Shown piece after piece: positions 29,992 to 31,078 of a stretch of 31,078 nt of DNA (within the stretch, counting starts at the first letter, position 1; each line of letters starts with the position of its first letter). A program made the position numbers and the translations under genes. Source of the DNA: Candidatus Iainarchaeum sp. (GTDB taxonomy: Archaea; Iainarchaeota; Iainarchaeia; Iainarchaeales; GCA-2688035). Under the pieces are notes generated by a model. That model saw only the letters and a list, made by a program, of their open reading frames with translations, made no database searches and was not told the DNA's origin. The stretch is from contig JAQTNI010000011.1 in assembly GCA_028713935.1 (NCBI GenBank), positions 1-31,078 on the forward strand, written 5' to 3'.

Positions 29992-31078
29992 TTATCCCAC
30001 GGCCCATTTCTTTTTTTTGCCAGCAGTTATTTTCCTGTGCCGGAATTTTTTTTCAAAGGAATAAATTCCAAGGCCGATTGCAATGAAAATTCCGGCAACT
30101 AGCAATTCAAACATTGAGTAATCTAGGAGCATGAAAGCGCATATTATTGCGCCAAGGCCCGCTGTCAGGGGAAATTTTCCAATGTTTAATGGAACCCTGA
30201 AATTTTGGCCAGGGTAATACCTGTTGTAGCGCAGCGCAATCAGTGAAAGGTTCACAAAAAGAAAACTCACAAAAACCATGAAAGTTGTTGCCCTTGCCAG
30301 GATTGAAACGTCTGAAAAAAAAGCCATTGCAATTGCCCCAAGCATTGCAAGCAAAACCGCAACATAAGGCGCGCCTGTTTTTGAACTGACTTTTGTTATT
30401 ATTTTTGGAAATTCGTGCTTTTCCCCCATTCCATACAGCACGCGTGAAGTTACAATAAGGCTTACCAGAACAGTGCTCAGCATTGCAAACAATGCAACAA
30501 CAAGGAAAACAAGGCTGAAATCAGCGCCGCTTGCTTTTGCAGCAGCTTCCGCAAGAGGCGCTTTTGATGATCCAAGTTCAGAAGGCGCCATTATGCTCAC
30601 TGCGCTGACTGCAACCAGAATGTAAAGAATGCTTGTAATTGCTATGCTTGCAAGCAATGCTTTTGGGACAACCTGCCTTGCGTGCTTTGTTTCTTCGCCA
30701 AGCTTTACGATTGCCTCAAAGCCGATGTATGCAAAGAAAACCAGTGTTGTTGCGCTGAGCACTCCTGCAAGGCCGTTGTTAAGCTGGAAATAATCTGTTT
30801 TTCCAAGGAAAGGCAGGCCCAGTGCAATTATGATTGCCATTCCAAGCAGGGAAAGCAGTGTGAAAAAAATGTTTATTTTTGACGAAATTTCTATGCCAAA
30901 CAGGTCAATTGCTGAAAGAATTATTATCAGCAGTATTGCCGTCAATACAATTGGCACTGGAATAATTGATGAAAGATATCTCGCAAACCCAAGCGAAACA
31001 GTTGTCGCGGCAATGAAGCCGATAACAGCAACAAGCCAGCCAAGCAAAAAAGCAAGCCAGTCCTTTCCGAAAGCGTGC
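29992..31078 (-). CDS. APC-superfamily amino-acid permease, 5'-truncated by the window edge
   Basis: The reading frame stays open to nt 31078 (HAFGKDWLAFLLGWLVAVIG...). The protein has about 9-10 TM helices with permease-like segments such as FFAYIGFEAI. Confidence 0.75.
   Translation of the reverse strand, partial: HAFGKDWLAFLLGWLVAVIGFIAATTVSLGFARYLSSIIPVPIVLTAILLIIILSAIDLFGIEISSKINIFFTLLSLLGMAIIIALGLPFLGKTDYFQLNNGLAGVLSATTLVFFAYIGFEAIVKLGEETKHARQVVPKALLASIAITSILYILVAVSAVSIMAPSELGSSKAPLAEAAAKASGADFSLVFLVVALFAMLSTVLVSLIVTSRVLYGMGEKHEFPKIITKVSSKTGAPYVAVLLAMLGAIAMAFFSDVSILARATTFMVFVSFLFVNLSLIALRYNRYYPGQNFRVPLNIGKFPLTAGLGAIICAFMLLDYSMFELLVAGIFIAIGLGIYSFEKKFRHRKITAGKKKKWAVG

Noticed and set aside
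1-31078. I looked for CRISPR arrays, reverse transcriptase/DGR template-variable repeat pairs near the surface-protein genes, transposases, integrases, and rRNA or other large RNA genes.
   Set aside because: I saw no regularly spaced direct repeats, no RT, integrase or transposase motifs in any listed ORF, and no rRNA-like sequence. The only RNA gene I can support is tRNA-Asp.

Overview
This is an AT-rich, homopolymer-rich, densely coding 31 kb window with most genes on the minus strand. I ran no database searches; every call rests on motifs read from the supplied translations and the DNA.

The host looks like a small-genome archaeon of the DPANN type. Three things support this. The tRNA-Asp has an archaeal-style GCCC...GGGC acceptor stem. 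TATA-like boxes sit about 22-30 nt upstream of many start codons, which implies leaderless or short-leader mRNAs. There are also membrane-tethered winged-helix regulators and a fused ADP-forming acetyl-CoA synthetase. A CPR bacterium cannot be excluded from this window alone.

Content, left to right:
- 58-5789: three secreted or surface proteins. One is a 1044-aa protein with a Cys-rich head, five tandem ~100-aa repeats and a distinct C-terminal domain.
- 5.9-13.5 kb: a co-directional copper/thiol-redox island. It holds a CopA P-type ATPase, two ArsR regulators, a CopZ-like chaperone and an HMA/DsbD_2-like/cupredoxin fusion. It also holds a membrane-anchored HMA-like protein, a membrane-tethered wHTH protein with a C-x5-C-x-H outer loop, a CPHC thioredoxin-fold protein, a ferredoxin and a frameshifted cupin.
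- 13.5-17.7 kb: ADP-forming acetyl-CoA synthetase, a possible PPC/DUF296-like protein, an aldo/keto reductase and an orphan Arg-rich protein.
- 17.7-18.8 kb: a ~1.1 kb PIN-nuclease module bounded by a direct repeat of the tRNA-Asp 3' end.
- 19-27.4 kb: a NagB/PIG-L fusion, an orphan DNA methyltransferase, a CPA2 antiporter and a bacterial-type ECF sigma-70 homologue. These are followed by a DNA-repair-type radical SAM/HhH protein, a second CPHC thioredoxin-fold protein and a ZIP transporter.
- 27.5-30 kb: a compositionally distinct island with a lysine-2,3-aminomutase-like gene and a divergent wHTH gene.
- 29992-31078: an amino-acid permease truncated by the window edge.

The most notable observations are the ECF sigma homologue behind an archaeal-style promoter, the membrane-tethered candidate metal sensor in the copper island, the tRNA-flanked PIN module, and a twice-repeated intergenic element whose hairpin arms co-vary.
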